Program-made: the position numbers and the translations under genes
In this document: piece by piece, positions 1-12,455 of the stretch
Layout: every line of letters begins with the position of its first letter
Numbering within the stretch: position 1 is the first letter of the stretch
NCBI GenBank assembly: GCA_043228905.1
Contig: JBHGNT010000018.1
Span: forward strand, 15,748,001 to 15,812,000
Direction: 5' to 3'
Length of the DNA: 64,000 nucleotides
Origin: Azolla caroliniana
Taxonomy: Eukaryota; Plantae; Polypodiophyta
The notes under the pieces: generated by a model
Seen by the model: only the letters and a program-made list of their open reading frames with translations
Told to the model about the DNA's origin: nothing
The model's database searches: none

Positions 1-2455
1 GTTTTTGGTGCGTACCAGAATGTGGACTCGTCAAAAATGACATCTCGACTTACACGAGCTTCTCGGGTAGATGGGTTGTAGCATTTGTACCCCTTCTGTT
101 CGAGTGAGTATCCTACGAGGATGCATTTCTCCGACTTCGGGTCGAGCTTTTGTCGTGTGTCGTCGGGAATATGTACGTCAGAGATTGCGCCAAAAATGCC
201 GACATGTGATAAGTCCGGCTTCTTTCCCGAGAACTTCCCATGAGGAGTTATGTCGTGTACTCCTAAGAGTGTGCACCTATTCATGAGGTATACCGTCGTG
301 TTCGCCGCTTTTGCCCAGTACGATTTTGGCAGGTTCTTCTCATTCATCATAGCTCGAGCGGCTTCTACTATGAGTCAATTTTTACGCTCAACTACGTCGT
401 TCTACTGAGGTGTGTGACGACATGAGAATTCTCGTCGTATTCCTTCCTTTCGGAGATACGTTGTAAACTCATCCAAAAAGTATTCTTTGCCTCCATCTGA
501 TCGAAGTTAGCGTACATGCTGACCCGTAGTTTTTTTCGACTTCGGCCTTGAACCTCTGGAAGTGTCCGAACACTTCGCTCTTTTGTCTCATCAGGTAGAC
601 TCAGTTGTGCCTGGAGAAGTCGTCGATGAACGTGACGTAATATCAGCATCCGCCGAGTGTGCTTGTCTGGGCCGATTCCCATACATCTGAAAGTACAACA
701 TCCAGGATCCCTTTACTCACATTTTGCTCTTTCGGAAATGGATTTCGGCATTCTTTCCAAACTGGCACGCTTCGGATACGCCCGTAATCTCCTTCGCAGT
801 AAAATTCGGGAGTCTGATTACGATTCTCTTGTGCCACAGATTTTTGGAGATTGATGTGGCCGATTCTCTTGTGCCATAGATTTATATCGGTTTCGACTTT
901 AAGGCCCTTTGTGAACATTGTTGACTTTACCTCATTCGATTCAAGGATAAACATATGGCCTTCTCGTCGACCGTGGGCTATGACTTGTCCGCCCCTTTCA
1001 ATGAAGCACCCGTCGTTGCTGAATCATACCTGCATTCCTTGTTCAACAATCTGGCCGACCGAAACCAGGTTTTCGGTGATGGTAGGGACATGCAGTACGT
1101 TCTTGAGATAGGTTTGTTTGTCGTTGTTTCCGAATGGGACGTTCTCGATATGCTTTATTGGATGAGTCGTCTATCTCGACATATCTGGGTTGTTTAGGTT
1201 TTCGTAATTCCCGAAACCAATCTTCATGAGACGTCATGTAGTTAAATGCTCCCAAGTCAACAAACCATATGTTATTTGAGGTGGAGGCGCTAGTTGAGGC
1301 CTGTTCTGACATCGAGTGTGCTTCGTGCCTCATTACGAATATTTCACCACGGTCGCCAGTGTCGTAGTGTAGGTTGCACACTATGTGGAAATTATATTTT
1401 TGTCCCTCCGGATAGAGAATGGAGTGCTCGGTGAGAACCGGAAGAAAACGGCATACCGGCAAGGAGGAAAACGGCATACCGTGGTTGAGATTCGTGTTGT
1501 AATTTGTAAACATTCTGCTACGATCGTCGTAGTTGGAATTCGATGCATAATTCGTGAGCTGTTAGCTAGTTGACGTCGAGTCTCGTACCTTTTTCCAACA
1601 CTCCTCTTCATAGTGGCCATGTTTTCCATAGTACCAGCATTCGATTGGGTTGTTACAATTGCTTGATCCGAAGTGATGACTCCCCTTTCTGTGAAACTCT
1701 CTAGGACCATTCCTGTCTACTTGCCATTGGTGGGAGTTACGCTCTTGAGTCTGCCAACCATTACGACCTTGTTCGAATCGACCTCCATTTCCACGACCGA
1801 AATTTCTTCTATCATCTAACTGGGAGTAGAGCATATGACCCTTTGGTGCGTTGTTCCTTTTTCCTCAATCAACAATATTGATTGGAGATCGAAAAATGGA
1901 GGGTTCTCCCTTGCAAGGATGGCCGATCTAATCGAGCCAAATCGGGGTGCTAAGCCGTCGGGGCATATTTGCACCATCTCGTCATCGTCGATTACAAAAT
2001 TAATCAAACAAAGGGCATCACACAACTCCTTGATCTTTAAGGTATAGCCTATGATCGACCTGTCCCTCTATTGCATGTTGTTTAGCTCCTGTTGAAGTTG
2101 GAGCTTTTGTGCGGCCGTGTTGGCCACAAAAATCTTCTTGGAGGTTTTCCCAAGCCTCTTTCGCTGTTTTCGAATCTCGAATATAGCCAAGCATATGATC
2201 ATGAACGCATGATACAGGGCAATACAACACTCGGCTTGCGGCCTGTTCCCAAGCGAGATAGTCTACGTGTGTTGGGTTGGGTTGAGTTTCGTGAGCTCCT
2301 TCAATGTAGCTCCAGTAACCTTGTCCGATAAGGTATTGATGCATCTTGTATTCCCAAGATGCGAAGTTTGTTCTGTCAAGCTTCTCGGTAGGAAGAGCGC
2401 TTCCCATCTAAGTGTTCATTATGTCGATACTTCTTTGTTGATGAGCCGGTTCTGT
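1..2455 (-). mobile_element. Decayed Ty1/copia gag-protease-integrase region (copia A)
   Basis: Minus-strand fragments in copia order: gag MGSALPTEKLDRTNFASWEYKM (2018-2407), zinc-knuckle remnant CWYYGKHGHYEEEC, protease IWFVDLGAFNYMT, GAG-pre-integrase LWHKRIGH, integrase remnants. Many frameshifts. Confidence 0.9.
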
Positions 2456-3577
2456 TGAGTTGACTAAGTAGGCCGACCGAATAACTTAGGTCTGGTCACG
2501 TAATGGTGAGATAGATTAAGTTGCCGATTAGTTGACGATACTGAGTTGACTCGCACTCCGTTGTGTCGGAATCGGCATCCATCATGAGATTATGATCGAG
2601 AGGGGTAGACACAGGTTTGCACTCGGTCATTCCAAACTTGTACAGAAGGTTGAGAATGTAGTGTCGTTGAGAAATCATTATTCCAACTAGTTTTCGAATT
2701 ACTTCAATGCCAACGAAGTAATGGAGCTCGTGCATGTCTTTCATTTCGAATCTGTTGGAAAGAAGTGATTTGACCTTGTCAATCTCGGTGAGATCCTTTC
2801 CTCTCATGACAAATCATCCACATAAAGGATGATGACAATCGGGTTATCCGACTCATTTCGGATGTACAGGGAAGTATTGTATTTTGACATTCGAAATCCG
2901 ATCTGATGAAGATATTGCGTGATCTTTGCGTGCCACACACCTGGTGCTTGTTTAAGGTCGTAGAGAGGCTTCTTGAGTCGGCACACGACGTTCAGATGAT
3001 TGTGCAATTCAAAACCAGGTGGTTGGATCATGTACACCTCCTCTTCCAATTTGCCTTGAAGAAAGGCGTTCTTGACGTCCACCTGGTGGAGGTGCCACAC
3101 AGTTCTCATCTTTGCCACTGGGGCAAAGGTCTCTTCGTAGTCTATGCCGTGCATTTGCGCGTATCCTTTCACAATGAGTCGTGCTTTAAAGCAATTTACG
3201 GAGCCGTCGACATTGTGTGTAAATCCACTTGTAGCCAAATTCTTTCTTGTTCGTCGTGTGAGGAACGAGATCCCATGTCTCGTTTTTGCATATGGCTTGC
3301 ATTTCTTCATTCATCGCATCGACCTATTGCGGCTCCTTTATGGCTTCGGAAAGCGTCTCTGGCTCTCGTATTGATGCTACCTTCATCATGAAGGCGTAAT
3401 GGTACGCCATATAATGGTTGTAGTGGAATCGACTTACGTGGTTCTTTTCACGGGTGGATCAGCGGAGTTTCTCGTTTGCGGATTCTAAGCCTTTCTTCGC
3501 TCCATTTGTCTGGATGATTGGGATGTCCGAATGCTAAGCATTTCTTAGCTCCATTTGTTCGGATGATTGGGATGTCC
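2456..3577 (-). mobile_element. Ty1/copia reverse transcriptase fragment
   Basis: KARLIVKGYAQ..GIDYEETFAPVAKM, DVKNAFLQG, LYVDDL, MKDMHELHYF, LIYLTIT (2496-3310). No RNase H or LTR before it joins the copia A leader. Confidence 0.9.
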
Positions 3578-4124
3578 ATTTTACTACGTATCAAGTTATG
3601 TGAGTATGAAACTTGAGAAGATGGGGAAACAAAATTGTAAGATATTCCACATAGACAGGACAACATCGAATCCACCAATATATAAGCAAACCTAGAACCC
3701 ATTACTTCATGTATGTATGTTTGGAGCACATAACGGTGTCGTGAAGATTTTCGACAACGGTGTGAAAATCACATAAAATGTACGAAATCGAGTGTAATTC
3801 ATATAAAACAATAATGAAGATGCTAATTTTAAATAAGTTTAATATCTTAGTACAAAAAGATCGAGGTCTTGAAGAGCTTTCCGATGCACTTTACTACATA
3901 AGAAACGGACATCGAAGTGTCAACTTATGTGGGTATGAAGTTTGCCAAAAGAAAAAGAAAAAAATAAAATTGTGAAATATCCCACATAGATAGGAAAGTT
4001 AAGGCCTTGGCTATATAAGCACATTGAGATCCCTTATTTTTCATTTGTGCTAAGAGCATTTTGACCACTTTGTCTAGATTGATAAATGTGGCCAAATTCC
4101 AAAAAACCGACTAGCAATAAAATG

Positions 4125-4330
4125 GAACCAGTCGGTAATGGATCGGAATTGACCGCAAATCAATTCGGAATCGGCCAGTAAGCAATTTGGAACCGGCCGA
4201 AAAGCAAACAAGAACTGGTCGGTAAGCAAAACCGGAATCGGTTACTAAGCAAACCAGAACTGGTCGGAAAGCAAACAGGAACCGGTCGATAAGCAAACCA
4301 GAATCGGGTGGTAATCAAATCGGAACCAGC
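4125..4330 (+). repeat. ~21-bp degenerate minisatellite within the LTR (mirror copy at ~5860-6075)
   Basis: Repeated GCAAACCGGAA(T/C)CGGTCGGTAA-like units. Confidence 0.8.
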
Positions 4331-5113
4331 GAAATCGACAATTAGATGGTGTCGAAAATCGGGCGAAACCAAAAACCGACGACCGGACGGGACTAGTGAT
4401 CGGGCGGAACCGGTGACCGAATGAGGCTGGACGTGGACCGGACGGATCAGTCGGGTCTATTGATCACGGTTCATGGTGTCTTAAAAATATTTGGTCCAAA
4501 AGCCTAATAGTATTTTGTGCATAAAAGAAAAAGATGTAAGCAAGACTCGAACTTAACACCTCCAAGATAGGAAGCAATAGGCTTACTATTAAGCGAAACC
4601 ATTTCTTTAGAGATTTTATTTTTATCATTATAACTTTACATGTAAATTCTCATACATGAGAGCTAAAATGAGTGACATGGTTATCATGCACCACATATAA
4701 TACATGAGCGCCAAATGGCAAACATGCATGTCTTGTACCTATAAAAGCGAGGAGGAAAAAGATGAAAGGGTAATGTAAATTTTTTATCAAGCAAGCTTTG
4801 TACTTTAAATCAAAATTAATATTAAGAAGAAAATTTGTTATCCTTTTGATGATATACCTTATTCTTAAATCTAAAGTCAAGAGTTCAATCTTAATCTCTC
4901 TCTCAATAAAAAATCAAGCATTCGATCTTATCTCAATCTCTCTCTCTTTCAATCTAACTTAAATCCTTTCTCACTTAAAGCTAGTAAAACAAGTTGAGTC
5001 CTTCCGGTCCAGAACCCCAACGGTTCCTCTTCACGATCTGCACATAGTGACGGATCTTCACGACATAATTATCTTAACAACCTTCACCATACACTTCAAA
5101 TGGATGGTTGATC

Positions 5114-5131
5114 TTCACGTCGGGTTCACCA
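5114..5131 (-). promoter_or_regulatory. Primer-binding site complementary to the 3' end of plant cytosolic tRNA-Trp
   Basis: Plus strand TTCACGTCGGGTTCACCA matches the plant tRNA-Trp(CCA) 3' end from memory; it lies 8 nt inside the right-arm LTR. Confidence 0.8.
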
Positions 5132-7373
5132 CTTAATTATGTCGTGAAGATCCGTCACTACGTGCGAATCGCGAGGTGGAATCGTCGGGGTTTTGGACCG
5201 AAAGGATTCAAAGTTGCATTAGCTTTGGCGCAAAAGGAATTAAGATAGATTGAACGAGAGAGAGATTGAAATAAGATAGAACGCTTGCATTTAGATTAAG
5301 AGATTAAGATTAAACGCTTGACTTTAGATTTGAAGAACAAGGTATATCATCAAAAGGATAACGAATTTTCCTCTTAATATTAATTTTGATATAAAGTACA
5401 AAGCTCTTAATAAAAAATTTCCATTATCCCCTTTCATCTTTTCCCTCCCCCTCTCTTTTATAGATGCCCTCATGCATTTGAGGGTACAAGACATGCATGT
5501 TTGCCATTTGGCGCTCATGTATTACATGTGGTGCATGATAACCATGTCACTCATTTTAGCTCTCATGTATGAGAATTTACATGTAAAGTTATAATGATAA
5601 TAATATAATCTCTAAAGAAATGGTTTCGCTTAATAGTAAGCCTATTGCTTCCTATCTTGGAGGTGTTAAGTTCGAGTCTTGCTTACATCTTTTTCTTTTA
5701 TGCACAAAATACTATTAGGCTTTTAGACCAAATATCTTTAAGACACCATGAACTACAATCAACCGACCCGACCGATCCGTCCGGTCCAGGTCCAGCCTCG
5801 TCCGGTCGCCGGTTATCGATTTCACCCAGTTTCCAACACCATCCGATTGTCAATTTCGCCGGTTTCGATTTGATTACTGGCCAGTTCCGGTTTGCTTACC
5901 AGTCGGTTCCGATTTGCTTACCGACCGATTCCGATTTGCTTACCGGTCGGTTCCTATTTGCTTTCCGGCCAGTTCGGGATTGCATACCGTCTGGTCCCGG
6001 TTTGCTTACCGGCCAGTTCCAATTTGGTTTCCAGCTTACCGGCCAATTACGGTTCCATTACCGACCGGTTCCATTTTATTGCCAGTTGATTTTTGGGAGT
6101 TTGGTGACATTCAATCATCTAGACAAAGTGGCCAAAGTGCTCTTAGCACAAATGAAAAATAAGGGATCTCAATGTGCTTATATAGCCAAGGCCTTAACTT
6201 TCCTATCTATGTGGGATATTTCACAATTTTATTTTTCTCTTTTTCTTTTGCAAAACTTCATACCCACATAAGTTGACACCTCGATGTCCGTTTCTTATGT
6301 AGTAAAGTGCATCGGAAAGCTCTTCAAGACCTCGATCTTTTTGTACTAAGATATTAAACTTACTTAAAATTAGTATATTCACTATTATTGTTTTATATGA
6401 ATCACACTCGATTTCGTACATTTTATGTGATTTTAACACCATTGCCGAAAATCTTCACGACAACGGTCAGGGTAATTAGGGTTGAACTATTTATACGGGC
6501 AGATGCGGTCGAACTACTTAGACGGATGAGTGTCGATGAACAATCGAAACAATTTTAGAACAATTCGAAACATACGGGTCAGGACATGATGGTTGGTAGA
6601 GACGCACAGATCGGTTAGGACGACTGTATGAACTTGTAAGGATCATGCAGCCAAATTGTAAGGACAGTCACATGCAATTAAAGTAAAGGTCATGTATGGA
6701 CGCATTCTACGTTCTGTTGCATACGTCCACCCATCACCTTTACTTTAGTTGCATGGCCTCTACGTTCAGTTGCATGCACCCACACATTACCTATACTTTA
6801 GTCACATACGATTGTCCTTACAATTCAGCCGCATGATCCTATCATCTGTAAAGTTCAGCCTGTGCATGACCCATATAGTCGTCCTAACCAACTCGACCAT
6901 TTCGATCGATCCATGCGTCGTGAACGGCCGATGCACAACGACTGACCGGTGCCTCTCGACCCAGACGTTCCGAACCATTCTAAACTCATTTTGAACAGTT
7001 CATCCACACTCGTTCGTTTAGGCAGTTCGGCCTCATTCGTCTGTCTTGATAGTTTGGCCCAAATCGCCCATATCGTTTTGTGCTCCAAACACACAGAAGC
7101 CATATCTCTCGAAAAACCCTAATTTTCCTTACGAAAGCCAATCTCTCAAAAACCCTAAATTTTCTTATCTATTAATCTCTTTAAGCCTAAACCTTTGTAA
7201 TTCCAATCTTGGGATAGATTGTAATTTTCTTTTCTTTGCTAATGAAAATTACTAAATTTTCTCATTTCCGTTAATTCTTAAAGTATAAACGCACGAATCT
7301 AATATCCTCTGGTCTGAGGCCTTAAGATCTTGCCTCAAGTTCACGTGTCTTTGTCGTATTTTCGCGACATCTT

Positions 7374-7391
7374 TGGTGAACCTTATGTGAA
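7374..7391 (+). promoter_or_regulatory. Degenerate tRNA-Trp PBS (second copy 10189-10206)
   Basis: TGGTGAACCTTATGTGAA, 15/18 identical to TGGTGAACCCGACGTGAA, 4 nt after the LTR-terminal CA. Confidence 0.75.
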
Positions 7392-10300
7392 ACGAGGCAA
7401 AAGGAGGATATCTCATGGAGGTATATAGATACAAAGAGCCGAAGAGATGCAACCTATACGAGTTCGACCAATGGGTATCATCATTAAAGACCCACCAAAC
7501 TGTCGTGCATGCGTTCATTGAGTTCGAGAGTCTCTTTGCTCAACTCTCAGAGCGGGATCGAAGATTGATGGGGGTGAATAAAGTCCTAATGTTTGTGAAA
7601 TCGATAAATCTGAAGGAAAGGAAGGCCATTGGAATTCGACTTGAGGATGACGATGGTGCAAATGGCCTAATCGAAAATTGATGGGAATCTTGTCGACAAC
7701 ATCATGTTCTACGAGGGATAATCAAAGGAGGATGAGATGTGGCAACACGCCACCACCAAAGGAAGAGAGCTCAAAGAAAGCAGATTCAAAGACACTCAAC
7801 ATAGAAGCTTTGATGAGAGAAGTATTCGAGAACTTAAAGGCACAAGTCAATGCTAACGAGGAGCTTAAAATGGAACGAAAATTGAGGCAAACGGTTATGA
7901 AGGAAGAAAAGACCTCCCAACAAATACGAAGAAATGATACAACCAATATGAAGGCCTAGGTTCTGTAAGACAGTACCACGAGAGAAGGTGTGGAACAAGC
8001 TACCTTCTCAACATACGGAGGAACGATGGTCAAGAGAAGGGCCGAAGACTAAAGAGCGGAATATGTCGCTTTGAGAGTGGACAAGCGTTTCGGAACACAT
8101 GTTGTGTCTAAAACATCAAGTGATTAAGAAGTAAGCATGAGCAAAGCATGCGTGATCAAGGGAGATAAAAGGTGTGAGGCCGACGTGATTGATGAGATAG
8201 CCACGAAAAATGACATTGAGTTAGAGGTGGCTATGGACGAGTGGATGGCGGATGGCCGTGTTGAGACTTTCTCCACACTTGTTCCAAAGACTTTGGCAGT
8301 TGTGCCCGCGAGCCAACATAAGACCGGAGAGATGGAAGGTGGTAGCGAGGAAGCAAAGGTTGAAGTTGATACATACGACGAAGAGGGAAGCATAATTGCG
8401 GCTTGCTTGATTAAGAGGGTCAATGAGTACGGGGCCCATGAGCCAACATAAGACTGGAGAGAAGGAAGGTGGAGACGAGGAAGCAAAGGTCAAAGGTAAT
8501 GCATATGATGAAGAGGTCAAACAAAGCACAATGGTGCACGATGAGGACCAAACAAACGAAGTGGATTCGAAGGGCGTTTCCTGGGATTTGAAGATCGAAC
8601 CATCGATGGTCAACTCTCACATGAGAGCATACAATGAAAAAGGAAGAAGTGGAAAACATGCAATCTAGTTGTCTAAGGGCCTAAATGTGAGCATGTACTT
8701 AACGCATGGGCTAACAAAGACAAGCTTGGATTGACGAAAGAAGGAAGATTGAAGTGTCTTGTCCACGAAGATGATCGAAATGAAAGTGACACATACATGG
8801 TGCATTATGGTTATGCTTGGGAAAGGTGGAAAAGGCCACGACAATCGATCGTGGCGATGCAAAGCTCGGACAAAGGATTTGCTAGTTTGGATGGTCTCCA
8901 TCGCTATGGTGGAAAGAATGGTCGCAATGGTATTGGAAGAGATCTAACGAGCCAATGAGTTAGTTCAAGGTCAATGTATATAATAGATAGTTAGGTTATG
9001 AAGAAAGGAATATATTCGGACAAGGATTAAAATTTTCAACTAGGCGCACCAGTGGATGTGCCGGTTTGGTGGCGGTGAATGTCGTGTGATTCTTTACACG
9101 CGATATGAAAGTAATGAAATAATTATTTTAGATTAGCTTAATGGCTTGGTACGAAAAGATGGAGGTCATCAAGAGCTTATGAACACATTTTACTACATAT
9201 GAAACGGACAACTTCGTATCAAGTTATGTGAGTATGAAGCTTGAGAAGATGGGGAAACAAAACTGTAAGATATTCCACATAGACAGGACAACATCGGATC
9301 CACCAATATATAAGGAGACCTAGAACCCATTACTTCATATCTGTGTGTTTGGAGCACAGAATGGTCAGGGTAATTCGGGCCGAACTGTTTAGACGGGTGG
9401 ATGCGACCAAACTGTCTAGACGGACGAGTGTCGATGAACAATCGAAACAATTTTGGAACAGTTCGAAATGTCTAGGTTAGGACGCGCGGGTCGATAAAGA
9501 CGCACGGATTGGTCCGTACGCACGGATCAGTCGAGACAACTATATGAACTTGTAAGGATCATCATGCGGACGAATTGTAAGGACGGTCGTATGCAACTAA
9601 AGTAAAGGTCATGTATGGACGCATTCTACGTTCTGTTGCATGCGTCCACACATGACCTTTACTTTAGTTGCATGCGTCCACACATGACCTTTACTTTAGT
9701 TGCATGGCCTCTACATTCAGTTGCATGCGTCCACACATTACCTTTACTTTAGTCAATGCGACCGTCCTTACAATTCTGCCGCATGATCCAACCATTTGTA
9801 AAGTTTAACCCATGCATGACCCGAACAATCGTCCTAACTGACCCACTCGTTTCGACTGATCTGTGCATTACGACCAACCCTAATGTTCCGAACCGTTCTA
9901 AAATCATTTATAGCAATTCATCCACACTCATTCGTTTTGGCAGTTCGGCCGCATCCGTCCGTCCGGATAGTGCGACCTAAATCACCCATATCGTTTTGTG
10001 CTCCAAACACACAAATATAAACTAATGGGTTTTGGGTCTGCTTATATAATGCTAGATCCGATGTTATCCTATCTAAGTGGGATATCTAATTCTTAATGTT
10101 TAAACGCAAGAATCTAATATCCTTTGGTCTAAGGCCTTAAGGTCCTGCCTCAAGTTCACGTGTCTTTGTCGTATTTTCGCGACATCTTTGGTGAACCTTA
10201 TGTGAAACGAGGCGAAAGAAGGATATCTCATGGAGGTATATAGATACAAAGAGCCGAAGAGATGCAGCCTATACGAGTTCGACCAATGGGTATCATCATT

Positions 10301-10697
10301 AAAGACCCACCAAACTATCGTGCATGCGTTCATTGAGTTCGAGAGTCTTGTTGCTCAACTCTCAGAGCGGGATCAAAGATTGATGGGGGTGAATAAAGTC
10401 CTAATGTTCGTGAAATCGATAAATCTGAAGGAAAGGAAGGCCATTGGAATTCGTCTTGAGGATGACGATGGTGCAAATGGCCTAATCGAAAATTGATGGG
10501 AATCTTGTCGACAACATCATGTTCTACGAGGGACAATCAAAGGAGGATGAGATGTGGCAACATGCCACCACCAAAGGAAGAGAGCTCAAAGAGAGAAAAT
10601 TCAAAGACACTCAAACCTAGAAGCTTTGGTGAGAGAAGTACTCGAGAACTTAAAGGCACAAGTTGATACTCACGAGGAGCTTAAAATGGGGCGAAAG

Positions 10698-11835
10698 TCG
10701 GTACACTCTTCTCTTGCAAGATTCATGCTTGCCTGCTCACAAATGAATAGGATCTCCTTTGCACTCGTAGCTACGGCAAATCAGTCCTTTTAATCAGGAA
10801 TCTTCTTGGGTTCGACATTGTTACCGACACCTTTGTCCTTCTTGAGGTGTCGACGCTCCTTTTGGAAATGTCCAAGTTTCCCGTAGTAGAAGCATGTCAG
10901 CTTTCCTTTGGCACTTGGATCTAGCTTGGGACTTGTCTCTTCTTTGTGAACTTCTTTGTCGGTTCCTTACTCTACCGGTATGGGACTGGAACAAGACACA
11001 CTTGTCCTTCCTTCTTGTCTCCTCGTTCAAGATGCTTGTCGTTACATCTTGAAGAGACAAGTTCTCTTCTTGACACAAGGTACTGAGACTCACCACCAGA
11101 TTCTCCCCATTGTCCGGCAAGGTAGATAGTAGTAGGATGGCCTGCATTGCATCATCAAGAGGAAACTTGGTTGCAACAAGTTGGTTGACATACCTAATGA
11201 ATGTGCTTACATGCTCGACTATGCTTTCTTCATCCCTGTATTTCAGTCTCACAATCTTTCTCATCAAAGATGTTTTGTTGAGGACATTCTTCCTCTCATA
11301 TAGACATGACAACTTTTGTTAAAGGACACTTACATCGACGCACTATCTGATTGTGGCCACCGCCTTTCTATTCAAAAGTTTTCATTCGGACTCTAATACC
11401 CAAGTGTGTATTTCTGCTTTGTTGATGGGCTCGTATAAGTCTTTGACTATGAGAACGTCTTCCATCTTTATCTTCCAATTTGCATACTTCTTAGAGTTCA
11501 AAACTATCATAACTAGGAAACCACTCACACATCAAGTTCTAATACCAGTTTGACGGGATCTGATATAATATCTATGTTAAAGATATGCCGAAACACAATG
11601 AACAAGATATACATTGCACATAGTTTTACGTGGAAACCCTAAAACGAGAAAAACCATGAGAGAACAAATCTTCCACTATACAATGGAGAATACAAAGGAG
11701 ACAATATACAACACTCTCTGTCTGCACAAAGTGTATCAGCCTTGTAGGGCTCTTGGTGTCTAAGCTCACTCATCTACGACGTTGCTCCCACTATCATGCA
11801 CTCTCTCTTCTCTCTCTATAACTCAGAGCTACAAG
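10698..11835 (-). mobile_element. Decayed copia 5' fragment (partial LTR, Met PBS, gag), related to the copia at 59371+
   Basis: LYERKNVLNKTSLMRKIVRLKYRD aligns with LYERKNALNRTSLMRKIVNLKYRD at ~60270. PBS TGGTATTAGAAC at ~11537-11548. LTR motif ACGTGGAAACCCT is shared. Confidence 0.85.
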
Positions 11836-12455
11836 AACTTTGAGTTCACGTTCTTTCAATTTTCAGACATCTATGTGTTCTATATTCTTCTCTCGATGCA
11901 TTACAAGCATATTAGATGAGTTTCATAACACATCCCCACCACATACATCGGCCCATGACTTCATTGTACATACATTTTTCATCTCACTTACATCATGCCT
12001 CATCGTGTTAACGCGTCCAAATTTTCTTCTTTTAATGATTCCTTTAACTCAATCTTTCTTACATGCTTGAATCTTATCTTCAAGTTTTGAATCCACTTTC
12101 TTAAGAATTTCATTCTGAATGAAAACAATTTGGAGCTTAGCATTTTCTTTCATTAACATCCTAATCTCTTCACCTTCCTTGTTTATGGTTTCTTAAAGAG
12201 AAGTCAAGTGACTCATAAGCATTTTGCCTTTTGCATTGGAATCAAGATTTGTTGGTGATCTAGGTTCATTATCAATTATACTCCCGAACTTTGTGGTGGC
12301 TTTACGAGTGTTCACCATTGTAGGACCAAACCCTACGGGAAGAGAGAGAGAAGAGAGAGAGAGACGGAGACGGAGACGGAGAGAGAATGTACCTTTCACT
12401 TGATTTAGGGCTTCAAAAACTACCTTGCATTTGAGGAAGCGTGGGACAAAAATGC
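11836..12455 (-). mobile_element. 5' fragment (UTR plus ORF1 start) of the LINE A family
   Basis: MVNTRKATTKFGSIIDNEPRSPTNLDSNA is nearly identical to ORF1 at 18775. Confidence 0.9.

Larger units (their letters stand above)
3737..6462. mobile_element. Insertion made of two inverted ~1.33 kb LTRs (3737-5065 and 5140-6462), 74-bp spacer, 4-bp TSD ACGG
   Basis: Each arm is TGTCGTGAAG...CTTCACGACA and the arms are reverse complements along their length. ACGG at 3733-3736 and 6463-6466. Removing the insertion restores the host LTR sequence seen uninterrupted at ~9350-9375. Confidence 0.88.
3578..10697 (+). mobile_element. Non-autonomous gypsy-like LTR element in tandem (LTR-internal-LTR-internal), tRNA-Trp primed
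   Basis: LTR1 (5'-truncated, 3578-7369, interrupted at 3737-6462) and LTR2 (9080-10184, TGTCGTG...CGCGACA) align. Both are followed by TCTT-TGGTGAACCTTATGTGAA and the same gag-like ORF MEVYRYKEPKRC (7415, 10230). Purine-rich GGTGGCGGTGAA precedes LTR2. No pol recognised. Confidence 0.8.

Noticed and set aside
5114-5131. tRNA-Trp gene
   Set aside because: Only the 3' 18 nt including CCA are present, next to an LTR, so it is a PBS rather than a tRNA gene.
5645-6271. 208-aa ORF
   Set aside because: Lies within the LTR minisatellite and is not open in the mirror arm.
3737-6462. DIRS-type element (inverted terminal repeats)
   Set aside because: It has a TSD, TG..CA ends and a tRNA PBS, and no tyrosine recombinase is visible.
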